In this document: positions 9,523-18,654 of the stretch, piece by piece
Position numbering within the stretch: position 1 is the stretch's first letter
Layout of the letters: the number at the start of each line of letters is the position of its first letter
Origin: an uncultured candidate division Zixibacteria bacterium
Lineage (GTDB): Bacteria > Zixibacteria > MSB-5A5 > GN15 > FEB-12
DNA: 64,000 bases
Assembly: GCA_963664195.1 (NCBI GenBank)
Contig: OY760907.1
Location: forward strand, 1,824,001 to 1,888,000
Direction of reading: 5' to 3'
Program-made: the position numbers and the translations under genes
Notes under the pieces: generated by a model
Database searches by the model: none
What the model was told of the DNA's origin: nothing
What the model saw: only the letters and a program-made list of their open reading frames with translations

Positions 9523-11136
9523 ATGTTGTATGTCGCTTCGACCCCGAAACGGCGCGTTTTCTTGCCGTATCTTCTTGCCGCGCTGGTCTTTGTGTGTACC
9601 GTACCGTTTACGGCGTTTGCTCAGGCACCTGCGGTTGTCTCCACCGGTCCGGTGGCCAGCTCGACTACTGCGCCGGTGACATCTGACATTCTGGTCACGT
9701 TTGACGAGGCAATGAATGTCGCGACATTCGACGCCTCGACCTTCGCCGTATGGGGAGAGAAATCCGGTCCGCATTCCGGGACGTTTTCGTCCGGTTCCGG
9801 GGGGACAGTGATTACTTTTGTTCCCGATCTTGATTTCGCGCACGGTGAGTTGGTAACCGTGACGGTGAGCACCGGGCTGGAATCGGCCGCCGGTTTCAGT
9901 CCCGATCAGGGATTTACGTGGACCTTCTACGCCGCCGCAGCAGGCACCGGAGTCGGGGCCTTCACCGATGCTACAATCTACGATATTGACCCGAACTCCT
10001 ATGCCCTGACCTCGGCCGACCTCGACGGAGATCAGGATATCGATTTGGTTGTGGTTCACAGAGGCGGGCGCAATGTTGCTGCTGTTCACCTCAACGATGG
10101 TAGCGGCGGCTTTGCCCTGGATAGTACCTACGGCGTGGGATCCGAGCCCCACCATATCATGGCCGCAGATCTGAATAGTGACGGGTACAGTGACCTGACA
10201 ACGGCCAACTTCGGCGATGGGAGCATCTCGGTGCTGCTCAATGCGGGCGACGGTACGTTTGAGCCTAAGATTGACTACGTTGTTGGCGAGACCCCCATAT
10301 TCGTGTGCGCCTCTGATCTGGATGGCGACGGAGATTTGGACATGGTCACTGTTGACCGTGCCCTGGACAGCTTGCATCTCCTGTGGAATAACGGCAATGG
10401 TACTTTCGGGGGACAGGTCTCTTGCGAAGTGGGCAACGGCCCTCGTGCAGTGTCAGCCTGTGACGTGAACGGTGACGGTGCTCCGGATCTCATTACAGCT
10501 GACGGATATGGCGGCGGTTTCACTACGTTGCTCAATTCGGGAGACGGATCATTGAGCCTGTATCAGCAGACGATAACCGGCCATGACCCGTATTCCGTCG
10601 TCACTGGCGACTTCGATGCCGATGGCGATCCTGACCTCGCTCTCTGTCAGTTGAACAGCAGAAACGTTGTGGTGCGGGCCAACGATGGGACGGGTGCTTT
10701 TGTGTTTGACGAGTCTCAAATGGTTGTGGGGGGACCGCAGTCTATGATTGGAGCCGATCTGGACGCCGACGGTGACCTTGATATTGCAGCGGGCTGCGCC
10801 TACTACGATGCCTATGTGGCGGTGCTCAAGAACAACGGTGCTGCAGATTTGGACACCGTCAGTTTCTTTCAACCCGATTACCAGCATAGCTGGATAACGG
10901 CGGCTGATTTCGACGGCGACGGCGACGTTGACCTGGCGACCGTGACGTACCTTGCCGGCTTATTGTACGTGATGGAGAACCAATCATGTTATGATCCCGA
11001 CGGTGACGGTTACGGCGATGTCGGATCCCCTGAATCGGAGTGCATGCTTGACAACTGTCCTGGTATTTACAATCCCGATCAGGCCGATAACAATGACGAC
11101 GGCATAGGCAATGCCTGTGACCCTGACTTCAGGTAG
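9523..11136 (+). CDS. Secreted protein: Ig-like domain + FG-GAP/VCBS repeats + TSP3-like Ca-binding repeat; ends at an in-frame TAG
   Basis: Signal peptide ...TAFA|Q; ILVTFDEAM Ig-like motif; seven DLDGDGDxD-type repeats; DNCPGIYNPDQAD. Confidence 0.85.
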   Translation: MLYVASTPKRRVFLPYLLAALVFVCTVPFTAFAQAPAVVSTGPVASSTTAPVTSDILVTFDEAMNVATFDASTFAVWGEKSGPHSGTFSSGSGGTVITFVPDLDFAHGELVTVTVSTGLESAAGFSPDQGFTWTFYAAAAGTGVGAFTDATIYDIDPNSYALTSADLDGDQDIDLVVVHRGGRNVAAVHLNDGSGGFALDSTYGVGSEPHHIMAADLNSDGYSDLTTANFGDGSISVLLNAGDGTFEPKIDYVVGETPIFVCASDLDGDGDLDMVTVDRALDSLHLLWNNGNGTFGGQVSCEVGNGPRAVSACDVNGDGAPDLITADGYGGGFTTLLNSGDGSLSLYQQTITGHDPYSVVTGDFDADGDPDLALCQLNSRNVVVRANDGTGAFVFDESQMVVGGPQSMIGADLDADGDLDIAAGCAYYDAYVAVLKNNGAADLDTVSFFQPDYQHSWITAADFDGDGDVDLATVTYLAGLLYVMENQSCYDPDGDGYGDVGSPESECMLDNCPGIYNPDQADNNDDGIGNACDPDFR

Positions 11137-12261
11137 GTCATTCATGTGCCGGGCGATGCTCCCAGCATACAGATGGCCATCGAGTGGGCATCGGACGGCG
11201 ACACCGTCCTGGTCGGTGGCGTATCCATGACGGAGAACATCGATTTCCTTGGCAAGCGCATTGTCGTGAAGGGAAGCCAGGCCAGCCTTGAACCGGCCAA
11301 CCCCAACTTGCCGGTTGTGACTATGTCTTCGGGAGAACCGAGGGGTGCCGAACTCAGTAATTTCTACATTCACTCAGGGGCGGCTGCCGGTGTCGTATGT
11401 AATGGAACATCGCCGATAATCCGTGACTGCTATTTTACCAGTAGACTGGGCCAGGGTGATATTGAGGCGATGATTGACCTGACCAATGCCAGCGGCGCAG
11501 TCATTGAGAACAATGAGTTCTCGGGCGAGTTTGCTCCGTACGATGTCGGGGCGGTCATTCGGCTAAATGACGGCTGCAGCAATGACACCATCGCCTACAA
11601 TCTGGTATACCCCTTTGATAACGGCGCGGTGATTGCGTGTCGGGACAACGTTGAAGGACTTCTCATTCACAACAACAACCTGTGGGCCGCAACGTCGCAC
11701 GGTGTTCTCGTTGAAGGTTCCGGTTCCGTAGATATCCGCAACAACATCATCATGCATGCGCCGGAGTACGCCGTCTATTGTGGCGTCGGCTGTACGTCGG
11801 CAATTACCGCCGAGTACAACTGTGTCTACGATAACGGCGGCACGTTCAATTTCACCGCGGGCGTCGGAAACTTCACAGATGACCCGGAGTTCCGCCACTC
11901 GGACGGCTACGATTTTCGCCTGAGGACCGGTTCTCCCTGCATAGACGCCGGAGATCCTGATCCCTTCTACAACGACGCCGACGGTTCTCGAAACGACGTC
12001 GGGTTTCTGGAGTACACCGAGGCGTGTTGCCGGTCGTTGGGGAACGTAGATCGTTCGTTGGATCAGTTGGTTACTATGGGAGATCTTACGGTGTTGATCG
12101 ACCATCTCTTCATCAGCCTCACCCCGCTTGTATGTGTGGAGGAGGGGAACGTTGATCTTAGCGCTGATAAGCTCGTGACAATGGGTGATCTGACAGTAAT
12201 GATCGATTACCTGTTCATTTGCTTGGGATGTGTGTTCAATTGTGCTGACCTGCCGTATTAG
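11137..12261 (+). CDS. Right-handed parallel beta-helix domain + dockerin-like C-terminal domain; in frame with the upstream ORF
   Basis: VIHVPGDAPSIQMAI...GDTVLV; IRNNII; LRTGSPCIDAGDP...DGSRNDVG; duplicated GNVDxSxDxxVTMGDLTVLID tail. The first possible start is the GTG at 11146. Confidence 0.8.
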   Translation, partial: VIHVPGDAPSIQMAIEWASDGDTVLVGGVSMTENIDFLGKRIVVKGSQASLEPANPNLPVVTMSSGEPRGAELSNFYIHSGAAAGVVCNGTSPIIRDCYFTSRLGQGDIEAMIDLTNASGAVIENNEFSGEFAPYDVGAVIRLNDGCSNDTIAYNLVYPFDNGAVIACRDNVEGLLIHNNNLWAATSHGVLVEGSGSVDIRNNIIMHAPEYAVYCGVGCTSAITAEYNCVYDNGGTFNFTAGVGNFTDDPEFRHSDGYDFRLRTGSPCIDAGDPDPFYNDADGSRNDVGFLEYTEACCRSLGNVDRSLDQLVTMGDLTVLIDHLFISLTPLVCVEEGNVDLSADKLVTMGDLTVMIDYLFICLGCVFNCADLPY

Positions 12262-12305
12262 GTAGCGAGAACTATAACGTTTCAGGACGAGAGGGGTCTT
12301 GTGAC

Positions 12306-13046
12306 ATGATTAGAATAGCGTTTACTCTTGTAGTGTTTCTGATTGGCACTTCTTCTGCGTTGGGCGACGCACCTCCGTGGTGCGAGATCGGTTCAGAGGA
12401 GCAGTTCTGCGAGCATATAGTCCGGGTCACGGTTGGCGACATTGACAATGAGAGTGCCCACTCGCCCGGCGGTTATGCCGACTATACTCTGGAGCTTGCG
12501 ACGGAGATGGCACAGGGCAGACAGTACCAGATCACCGTTGTCGGTGCGGAGATTTTTCCGGGAGACTGTGTGGGTGCCTGGGTCGACTGGAATCAGGACT
12601 ATATGTTTGACGATTCACCAGGCTCGGCTGAGAAAGTGTTCTTCGACGTCAGCTCCGGCCCCGGACCCTACACCGGCACCGTTGTTGTGCCGCAGGATGC
12701 ACCGCTTGGAACGCCCTGGCTGCGTGTTCGCCTCGCCTTTGAGACGGTAGCGCCGTGCGGAGTCACGCGATACGGCGAGACGGAAGACTACACGATCGTT
12801 GTGGTCCCTGGTACCTGTTGTACGGGACCTTCCAGAGGGAATGTCGACGGGTCGCCGGACAACCTCGTGACAATGAGTGATTTGACCGAGATGATCTCGC
12901 ACCTGTTTATTCTCATGCATCCGGCGAGATGCAATGACGAGGGCAACGTCGATCTGTCGGTGGACGGAATGGTGACTATGTCCGATTTGACAGTCTTGAT
13001 CGATCACTTATTCATATCGCTCGATCCGCTCCCGCCTTGCCCGTAA
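12306..13046 (+). CDS. Secreted GEVED-domain protein with dockerin-like tail
   Basis: Signal peptide; AWVDWNQD, LRVR and GETEDY motifs; CCTGPSRGNVD tail. Confidence 0.88.
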   Translation: MIRIAFTLVVFLIGTSSALGDAPPWCEIGSEEQFCEHIVRVTVGDIDNESAHSPGGYADYTLELATEMAQGRQYQITVVGAEIFPGDCVGAWVDWNQDYMFDDSPGSAEKVFFDVSSGPGPYTGTVVVPQDAPLGTPWLRVRLAFETVAPCGVTRYGETEDYTIVVVPGTCCTGPSRGNVDGSPDNLVTMSDLTEMISHLFILMHPARCNDEGNVDLSVDGMVTMSDLTVLIDHLFISLDPLPPCP

Positions 13047-13070
13047 CAGTGGCAACTGAGCCACAAGTCC

Positions 13071-13104
13071 GCACCGGCCGCTTCCTTCAGGAGGCGGCCG
13101 GTGC
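13071..13104 (+). terminator. GC-rich hairpin, probable terminator
   Basis: GCACCGGCCGCTTCC-TTCA-GGAGGCGGCCGGTGC; the U-tract is weak. Confidence 0.6.
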
Positions 13105-13146
13105 TCGTTGTGTCTTTCTGAGGTCACCGGTTCAGGCTCAAGCCGG

Positions 13147-13174
13147 TTGACAAATGGCCGGTTACGCCTATATT
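13147..13174 (+). promoter_or_regulatory. sigma70-type promoter upstream of the M28 peptidase
   Basis: TTGACA-N16-TATATT. Confidence 0.6.
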
Positions 13175-13417
13175 ACGATTGTAATACGCGGACCTCACGC
13201 CGCCTGTACATGTCAAACAATGTCTGCGGATGCATCGAATGGGTGCGTTCGCTGCCTTTACCGCCCAGGGATGACCCGCATTGCAGAATAAACGTTGCGA
13301 ACTCTTTTTCGTCCTTACAGCAGAGACATTGAGTGCAGGTGTTGGTTTTTCTCTGGTTCGGAGAGTGCAGTCTAATCTGAAAGAAACAAACGTATTTTCT
13401 ATACGGAAGGGGTGTAG

Positions 13418-15844
13418 ATGATGTCTAGAACGATATTGATAACCTTGTTTGCAGCGCTGATGCTGTGCAGCGGAGCGGTTGGCGCTGACTTGTACCGCGT
13501 CGCGGTTCAGTCCGGAACGGACGCTGCTCTGTTGGCCAAAGCCGAGGTTGAGGCACTGGTCCGGATTCAAGACGGGTACCTGGTGCTCGCGGATGGGGAA
13601 GGTCTCGAGAGACTGGACAAGTACGGTCTGACCGCCCAGTTCCTTGCTTCCGATCTGACCGCCGAAGAGATAGCCGTCGACGGTCGTCTTGATCGCGCCA
13701 ACGTAGGCAGCTTGCCACTCCTGTTTGAGGAAGACAATCTTCGCGTCTATCGTGTTGACGTGCATGAATTGGAAACCATGCCCTCTCCGCCGCAGGTCTT
13801 TCCAGTGACCCCGCTCAAGCCGACGATCGACTTCGCCAAACCCGAGCCGGTTGATGTGGCTGCCATGCGGACCAAAGCGATGGCCGATTTGGATTCGCTG
13901 ATAGCACAGGTCAACAAAGATTCACTTACGTCATATGTCGAGACGATGCAGGCGTTTGGCGTCCGTCTTTGCGGCAGTGCCGTCTATAATCAGGCCCGCG
14001 ACTGGTACGCCGATCAGCTCACCTCGTTCGGATACGACTCGGTCGTCATTGACCAGTTCACCTCCGGCAACACGTATCACAACGTTTATGCCGTCAAGGT
14101 TGGCAGCCGTTTCCCCGACCACCAGATCGTCATTGGCTCGCACCTTGACGCCGTGTCTTCGTCGCCGGGCGCGGATGACAACGGCTCCGGTTCTGCCGCT
14201 GTACTCGAAATAGCGCGAATACTCAAGGACGTCGAAACCGATATGACGTTTGTGTTTGCTACTTTCGATGCGGAGGAAATCGGACTCGTCGGTTCCAACA
14301 ACTACGCCGACAGGGCGCTGGCTAACGGTGACAACATCGTATTGATGTTCAACATGGATATGATCGCGCACTACGAAAACACCAACCAGGCGAAATTGTA
14401 CCACGGTACTGATGTCCAGTATGCCAACATCTGGCAGGACCTCGCCGACTCGCTGGTGGGAATCACCGGTAATCTGATGGGGAGTACTTCCGGTTCCGAT
14501 CACTACCCGTTCCAGCAGAACGGCTATTCGGTCGTGTTCCTGCACGAGCAGATTTTCTCGACCGTGTATCACTCGTATCAGGACAGCACGACCTATATGG
14601 ATTTCGACTACATGACTGAAATGGTCAAAGCCTCGCTTGCGACCGTGTATTATGTCAACTCCACCCAGGGGCCGCGCCCATCGCTTGAGTTTGAGTATCC
14701 CGGCGGGCTGCCGACCGCTCTCACGCCCGACGTACCGAATACGTTTGAGGTTGTGGTGAGTGCGTTGTACGAGGGGACTCCCGTATCCGGTTCAGGTGAG
14801 TTGCACTATGCTATCGACGGCGGTGCATACACTTCGGTTGCCATGACCGAGACTTCGGCGAATCATTACGATGCCACGCTGCCGGCCCTCTCGTGCGGGC
14901 AGTACCTGCACTACTACGTGACTGCTGAAGAACTCGACGAGGGTGAGTTCCGGGATCCGGTCGATGCTCAACTCGCTTTCCCGGCTACCGATGTTGTGAC
15001 CGTGTTTGAAGACGATTTCGACACTGATAAAGGCTGGACGCCCGAGGGTTCATGGGCACGCGGCACACCGACCGGCGGCGGCGGTGACCACGGCAGCCCC
15101 GACCCTACCTCGGGTCATTCCGGTACGTCAGTCTTCGGGTACAACCTGAGCGGCGACTACGGGGCAAACATGGACGAAACTCACTTGACCTCACCGTCGC
15201 TGAATTGCACCGGACTTTTCAATGTCACGTTGGATTTCTGGCGCTGGCTCGGAGTTGAGCAGCCGTCGTATGACCATGCTTACATTCGCATCAGCAATGA
15301 CGGTACCTCGTGGAATACGATCTGGGAGAACACCGAGGAAGTTGCCGATGGTGCCTGGAGCGAGCACACGTTTGACATCTCTGAGTACGCCGACAATCAG
15401 GCGAACGTGTACGTTCGCTACACGATGGGCGAGACAGACGGTTCCTGGTTCTATTGCGGTTGGAACATTGACGACGTCGCCATCACCGGATACGGTTGTG
15501 ATTTGAGCCCCGACTCAGACTCAGACGGTTTCCCGGATGCTACGGACAACTGTCCCTACTTCTTCAACCCGCTTCAGGAAGATACTGATGAAGATGGTGT
15601 CGGCGACGCTTGTTGTTGCGCCGGACCTTCGGTGGGTAACGTCGATGGTTCCGCGGACAATCTGGTGACAATGGGTGATCTGACGGTTATGATCGACGCC
15701 CTGTTTATCTCGCTGGTTCCGATTGGATGTCCTTCGGAGGGCAACATTGACCAGAGTGTCGACGGCCTGATCACGATGGGTGATCTGACGGTATTGATCG
15801 ACGCCTTGTTCATCAGCCTCGATCCGCTCCCCGGCTGCCCGTAG
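13418..15844 (+). CDS. Secreted M28-family metallopeptidase with beta-sandwich domains and dockerin-like tail
   Basis: GSHLD, PGADDNGSG, AEEIGLVGS, NMDMI, SDH and YHSYQD zinc-ligand motifs; GWNIDDV; dockerin-like C-terminus. Confidence 0.92.
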   Translation: MMSRTILITLFAALMLCSGAVGADLYRVAVQSGTDAALLAKAEVEALVRIQDGYLVLADGEGLERLDKYGLTAQFLASDLTAEEIAVDGRLDRANVGSLPLLFEEDNLRVYRVDVHELETMPSPPQVFPVTPLKPTIDFAKPEPVDVAAMRTKAMADLDSLIAQVNKDSLTSYVETMQAFGVRLCGSAVYNQARDWYADQLTSFGYDSVVIDQFTSGNTYHNVYAVKVGSRFPDHQIVIGSHLDAVSSSPGADDNGSGSAAVLEIARILKDVETDMTFVFATFDAEEIGLVGSNNYADRALANGDNIVLMFNMDMIAHYENTNQAKLYHGTDVQYANIWQDLADSLVGITGNLMGSTSGSDHYPFQQNGYSVVFLHEQIFSTVYHSYQDSTTYMDFDYMTEMVKASLATVYYVNSTQGPRPSLEFEYPGGLPTALTPDVPNTFEVVVSALYEGTPVSGSGELHYAIDGGAYTSVAMTETSANHYDATLPALSCGQYLHYYVTAEELDEGEFRDPVDAQLAFPATDVVTVFEDDFDTDKGWTPEGSWARGTPTGGGGDHGSPDPTSGHSGTSVFGYNLSGDYGANMDETHLTSPSLNCTGLFNVTLDFWRWLGVEQPSYDHAYIRISNDGTSWNTIWENTEEVADGAWSEHTFDISEYADNQANVYVRYTMGETDGSWFYCGWNIDDVAITGYGCDLSPDSDSDGFPDATDNCPYFFNPLQEDTDEDGVGDACCCAGPSVGNVDGSADNLVTMGDLTVMIDALFISLVPIGCPSEGNIDQSVDGLITMGDLTVLIDALFISLDPLPGCP

Positions 15845-15916
15845 GCCTGGAGCAATGCAGCTAGTCGATGAAACCCGCCCGGGCACGGGCGGGCTACCGG
15901 ATTAGGATAGAGCAGC

Positions 15917-15992
15917 GTAGGTCAAAACCAGCGCAACAATGTTGCCCTGCGGTTTTGACATTGAAGTCGAAACTGCAGGAGTTTCGACCTAC
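15917..15992 (+). repeat. Double-hairpin REP-like element (family A)
   Basis: GTAGGTCAAAACC...GGTTTTGAC-ATTGAA-GTCGAAACT...AGTTTCGACCTAC. Confidence 0.85.
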
Positions 15993-16006
15993 AGCGTTTC
16001 CAACTT

Positions 16007-16034
16007 GTGGGCGGCAGACACCCTTGTCTGCCCC
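16007..16034. repeat. REP-like palindrome (family D)
   Basis: GTGGGCGGCAGACACCCTTGTCTGCCCC. Confidence 0.7.
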
Positions 16035-16124
16035 AGCCATGATTTCCAACGGCCGCTTTCTGACAGGAGGCGGCCGTTGTTGTTGTGTACCGCGGGCCGC
16101 ATTCGTTATATTCCTGCCAGCACT

Positions 16125-17069
16125 ATGTCTACGCGCAAGGAAACAAATCTCGATTTCGCACAGAACCTGGATTTCTCCGAAATCCTCACCAACCCGATTC
16201 TGGACATTGCCGCCCGATTCTGGGAGGAAGATCGGTACGAGGCCTTCCAGGTCTGCTACCGCTCTATGCGTAAGATCGATGACCTCGTGGATGACCGTAA
16301 AGAGGCCGGCACCAAAATCACCCCCGAAGAAATGGCCGAGATGCGTGATCTCATGCTCGGTTGGCTCGAGGCTGCCCGGTGCGGTGACCGATCCAACCCG
16401 TTCCTTCAAGACTTTCTGAAGACGCTCGATCGTTTCGCCCTGCCGCTGTGGCCGTGGGAACGGCTCTGCGTGGCCATGTCTTATGATCTCGACCATAACG
16501 GTTTCGCCAACTTCCGCGCCTTTCTGCGCTACGCAGAGGGGGCCGCAATTGCTCCCGCCTCGGTATTCATGCACCTGTGCGGGGTCACAAAAACTAAGCG
16601 CGGATACACTCCGCCCGCTTATAACATTCGTGAGGCAGCCCGACCGTTGGCTGTCTTTTCGTATCTTGTGCATATCATGCGGGATTTCCAGAAAGACCAC
16701 GTGCGTGGCCTCAACTACTTCGCCGAAGACCAACTAGTTGGTTTCGATCTGACTGTCGAAGGTTTGGGGGAAATGGCCAGAAGAGGAGAAGTCACACCTC
16801 AATTCCGCAGGTTGATCGCTCGCTACGTGGATTTTGCCGAGTATTACCGGGCCAAAGCCCGCCGCACAATTGATGCAATTCTGCCGTGTCTGGAGCCTCG
16901 TTATCAATTGTCGTTTGAGATGATTTACAGCCTGTATATGCAGATATTCGAACGAATCGACCCGAATGTCGGCAATTTTACTACCGCAGAAACCAACCCG
17001 TCCTCCTCGCAAGTCAATGCCCGTATTAAAGATACGGTGAATGGTCTTCGCGCTATTTCCGTTCGCTAA
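16125..17069 (+). CDS. Squalene/phytoene synthase family protein
   Basis: RKIDDLVD and HIMRDFQKD aspartate-rich motifs. The ORF-track extension from 15939 runs through repeats, so the start is placed at ATG 16125. Confidence 0.85.
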   Translation: MSTRKETNLDFAQNLDFSEILTNPILDIAARFWEEDRYEAFQVCYRSMRKIDDLVDDRKEAGTKITPEEMAEMRDLMLGWLEAARCGDRSNPFLQDFLKTLDRFALPLWPWERLCVAMSYDLDHNGFANFRAFLRYAEGAAIAPASVFMHLCGVTKTKRGYTPPAYNIREAARPLAVFSYLVHIMRDFQKDHVRGLNYFAEDQLVGFDLTVEGLGEMARRGEVTPQFRRLIARYVDFAEYYRAKARRTIDAILPCLEPRYQLSFEMIYSLYMQIFERIDPNVGNFTTAETNPSSSQVNARIKDTVNGLRAISVR

Positions 17070-17212
17070 TCAATTTCCGTGGAAGAAAAGGCTGCCTGCG
17101 GTAGTATCAGGATCAGAAGGTCGCCGTTATTTTGGTTGATCGTGTCCCCGTGACACCACAGAATTCGGCGTGTACCGTGTATAAAGATTTATATAGCACG
17201 AGGTTATGAACA

Positions 17213-18571
17213 ATGAAGATCAGCAACGTTTTTCTTACCGTATTGATAATCGCCCTCGCCGGGTCGGTGGCTGCCGAGGACATAGCAGTTACCGTGTACA
17301 ACGGTGATCTCGGCGTGGTCAACGAGACCCGCGAACTCGAATTTGACAAGGGCGTTGGCAAACTTGCGTTCCGCGACGTTCCGGCCAGGATTGATGCCAG
17401 CTCGGTCAGATTCCAAGTTGCCAACGGGAGCGATATTGCCATTCTCGAACAGAACTATGCGTTTGATCTGGTATCGCCCGACCAGATGTACGCGAAATAT
17501 CTCGATCAGACGATTGAACTTATCGACAAGGAAGGCCGTCTTTACGGTGGACAGTTGCTGGCGTACTCCGGCAACATGGTGACGCTGCTTGAGAGTTCAG
17601 GAAGGGTTAAGATCGTTTCGCTTTCCAACATCACCGAGGTCAACTTTCCCGTCCTGCCGGATGGTCTCATTACCCGCCCGACGCTCTTCTGGCTCTACCA
17701 GTCCAATGTCTCCGGCAAAGAGAAGTGTGAAGTAAGCTACCAGACATCGGGTATGAACTGGACCGCGGAATACGTGGGGCTGCTTAACGAGAAGGAGACT
17801 CATCTCGATTTGTCCGGCTGGGCATCGATTAATAACGTCTCCGGCAAAACCTACGCCGACGCCAGGTTGAAACTGATTGCGGGGGATATTAACCGGGCGC
17901 GTCCGACCGGTTTTGACAAACGCGGCGGAATGGAACTCATGACGATGGCTCCCCGTGCGGATGCCGCCGGTTTTGAGGAGAAGGAATTCTTTGAATATCA
18001 CATGTACACCCTGCCGCGCAAGGCGACTCTTGCCAACAAAGAGGTCAAGCAGGTTTCGCTGTTTGAACCGGCCTCGACCTCGGTCGACAAGAAGTATCTT
18101 TACAAGCCGGACAGTGACCCTGAAGCTGTGTCTGTGAATGTCGAGTTCACCAACTCGAAGGAGAGCGGTCTCGGGATGCCGTTGCCGGCCGGACGGGTGC
18201 GGATGTTCAAAGCTGACTCCGACGGTTCCCTGATCCTGCTCGGTGAAGATCAGATCGAACACACGCCCAAAGACGAAGAAGTGATGCTGACCATCGGGAC
18301 GGCGTTTGATATCAAGGGTGAGCAGACGCTCGTATCGAAAGAGCGGATTTCCAAGCAAGTCGAAGACAGAGTGTTTGAAATAGAGCTGCGAAATCACAAG
18401 TCTGAGGATGTTGTGATTACGATAGAGAAACGGGTGTGGGGATTCTGGGAAGTCGTTGAATCGAACTTCGCGACCAAAAAGAAAGACGCCAATACGTTGA
18501 CAGTGGATGTTCCGGTCAAGGCGGACAGCACTGCCAAATTGACGCTCAAAGTCAGGATAACAAGCCGCTAA
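17213..18571 (+). CDS. Secreted DUF4139-domain protein
   Basis: Signal peptide; AVTVYN, ILEQNY, WTAEY, FEYHMY and GMPLPAGRVR. Confidence 0.85.
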   Translation: MKISNVFLTVLIIALAGSVAAEDIAVTVYNGDLGVVNETRELEFDKGVGKLAFRDVPARIDASSVRFQVANGSDIAILEQNYAFDLVSPDQMYAKYLDQTIELIDKEGRLYGGQLLAYSGNMVTLLESSGRVKIVSLSNITEVNFPVLPDGLITRPTLFWLYQSNVSGKEKCEVSYQTSGMNWTAEYVGLLNEKETHLDLSGWASINNVSGKTYADARLKLIAGDINRARPTGFDKRGGMELMTMAPRADAAGFEEKEFFEYHMYTLPRKATLANKEVKQVSLFEPASTSVDKKYLYKPDSDPEAVSVNVEFTNSKESGLGMPLPAGRVRMFKADSDGSLILLGEDQIEHTPKDEEVMLTIGTAFDIKGEQTLVSKERISKQVEDRVFEIELRNHKSEDVVITIEKRVWGFWEVVESNFATKKKDANTLTVDVPVKADSTAKLTLKVRITSR

Positions 18572-18654
18572 GTATAGCTCATGGTTGACAAGTTGCCGAG
18601 TACGAGTTACATTCGGTCCGAATTGCGCAGGCAACATTGTTTGAGGAGGTTGAG

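Noticed and set aside
11134..11136. Genome-wide TAG reassignment
   Set aside because: Many intact genes here end at TAG at their expected C-termini (fbaA, rpmE, rplY, yajC, prmC), and RF1 is present.
15939..16124. N-terminal extension of the phytoene synthase ORF
   Set aside because: It runs through REP-like repeats; the same DNA occurs in non-coding spacers elsewhere.
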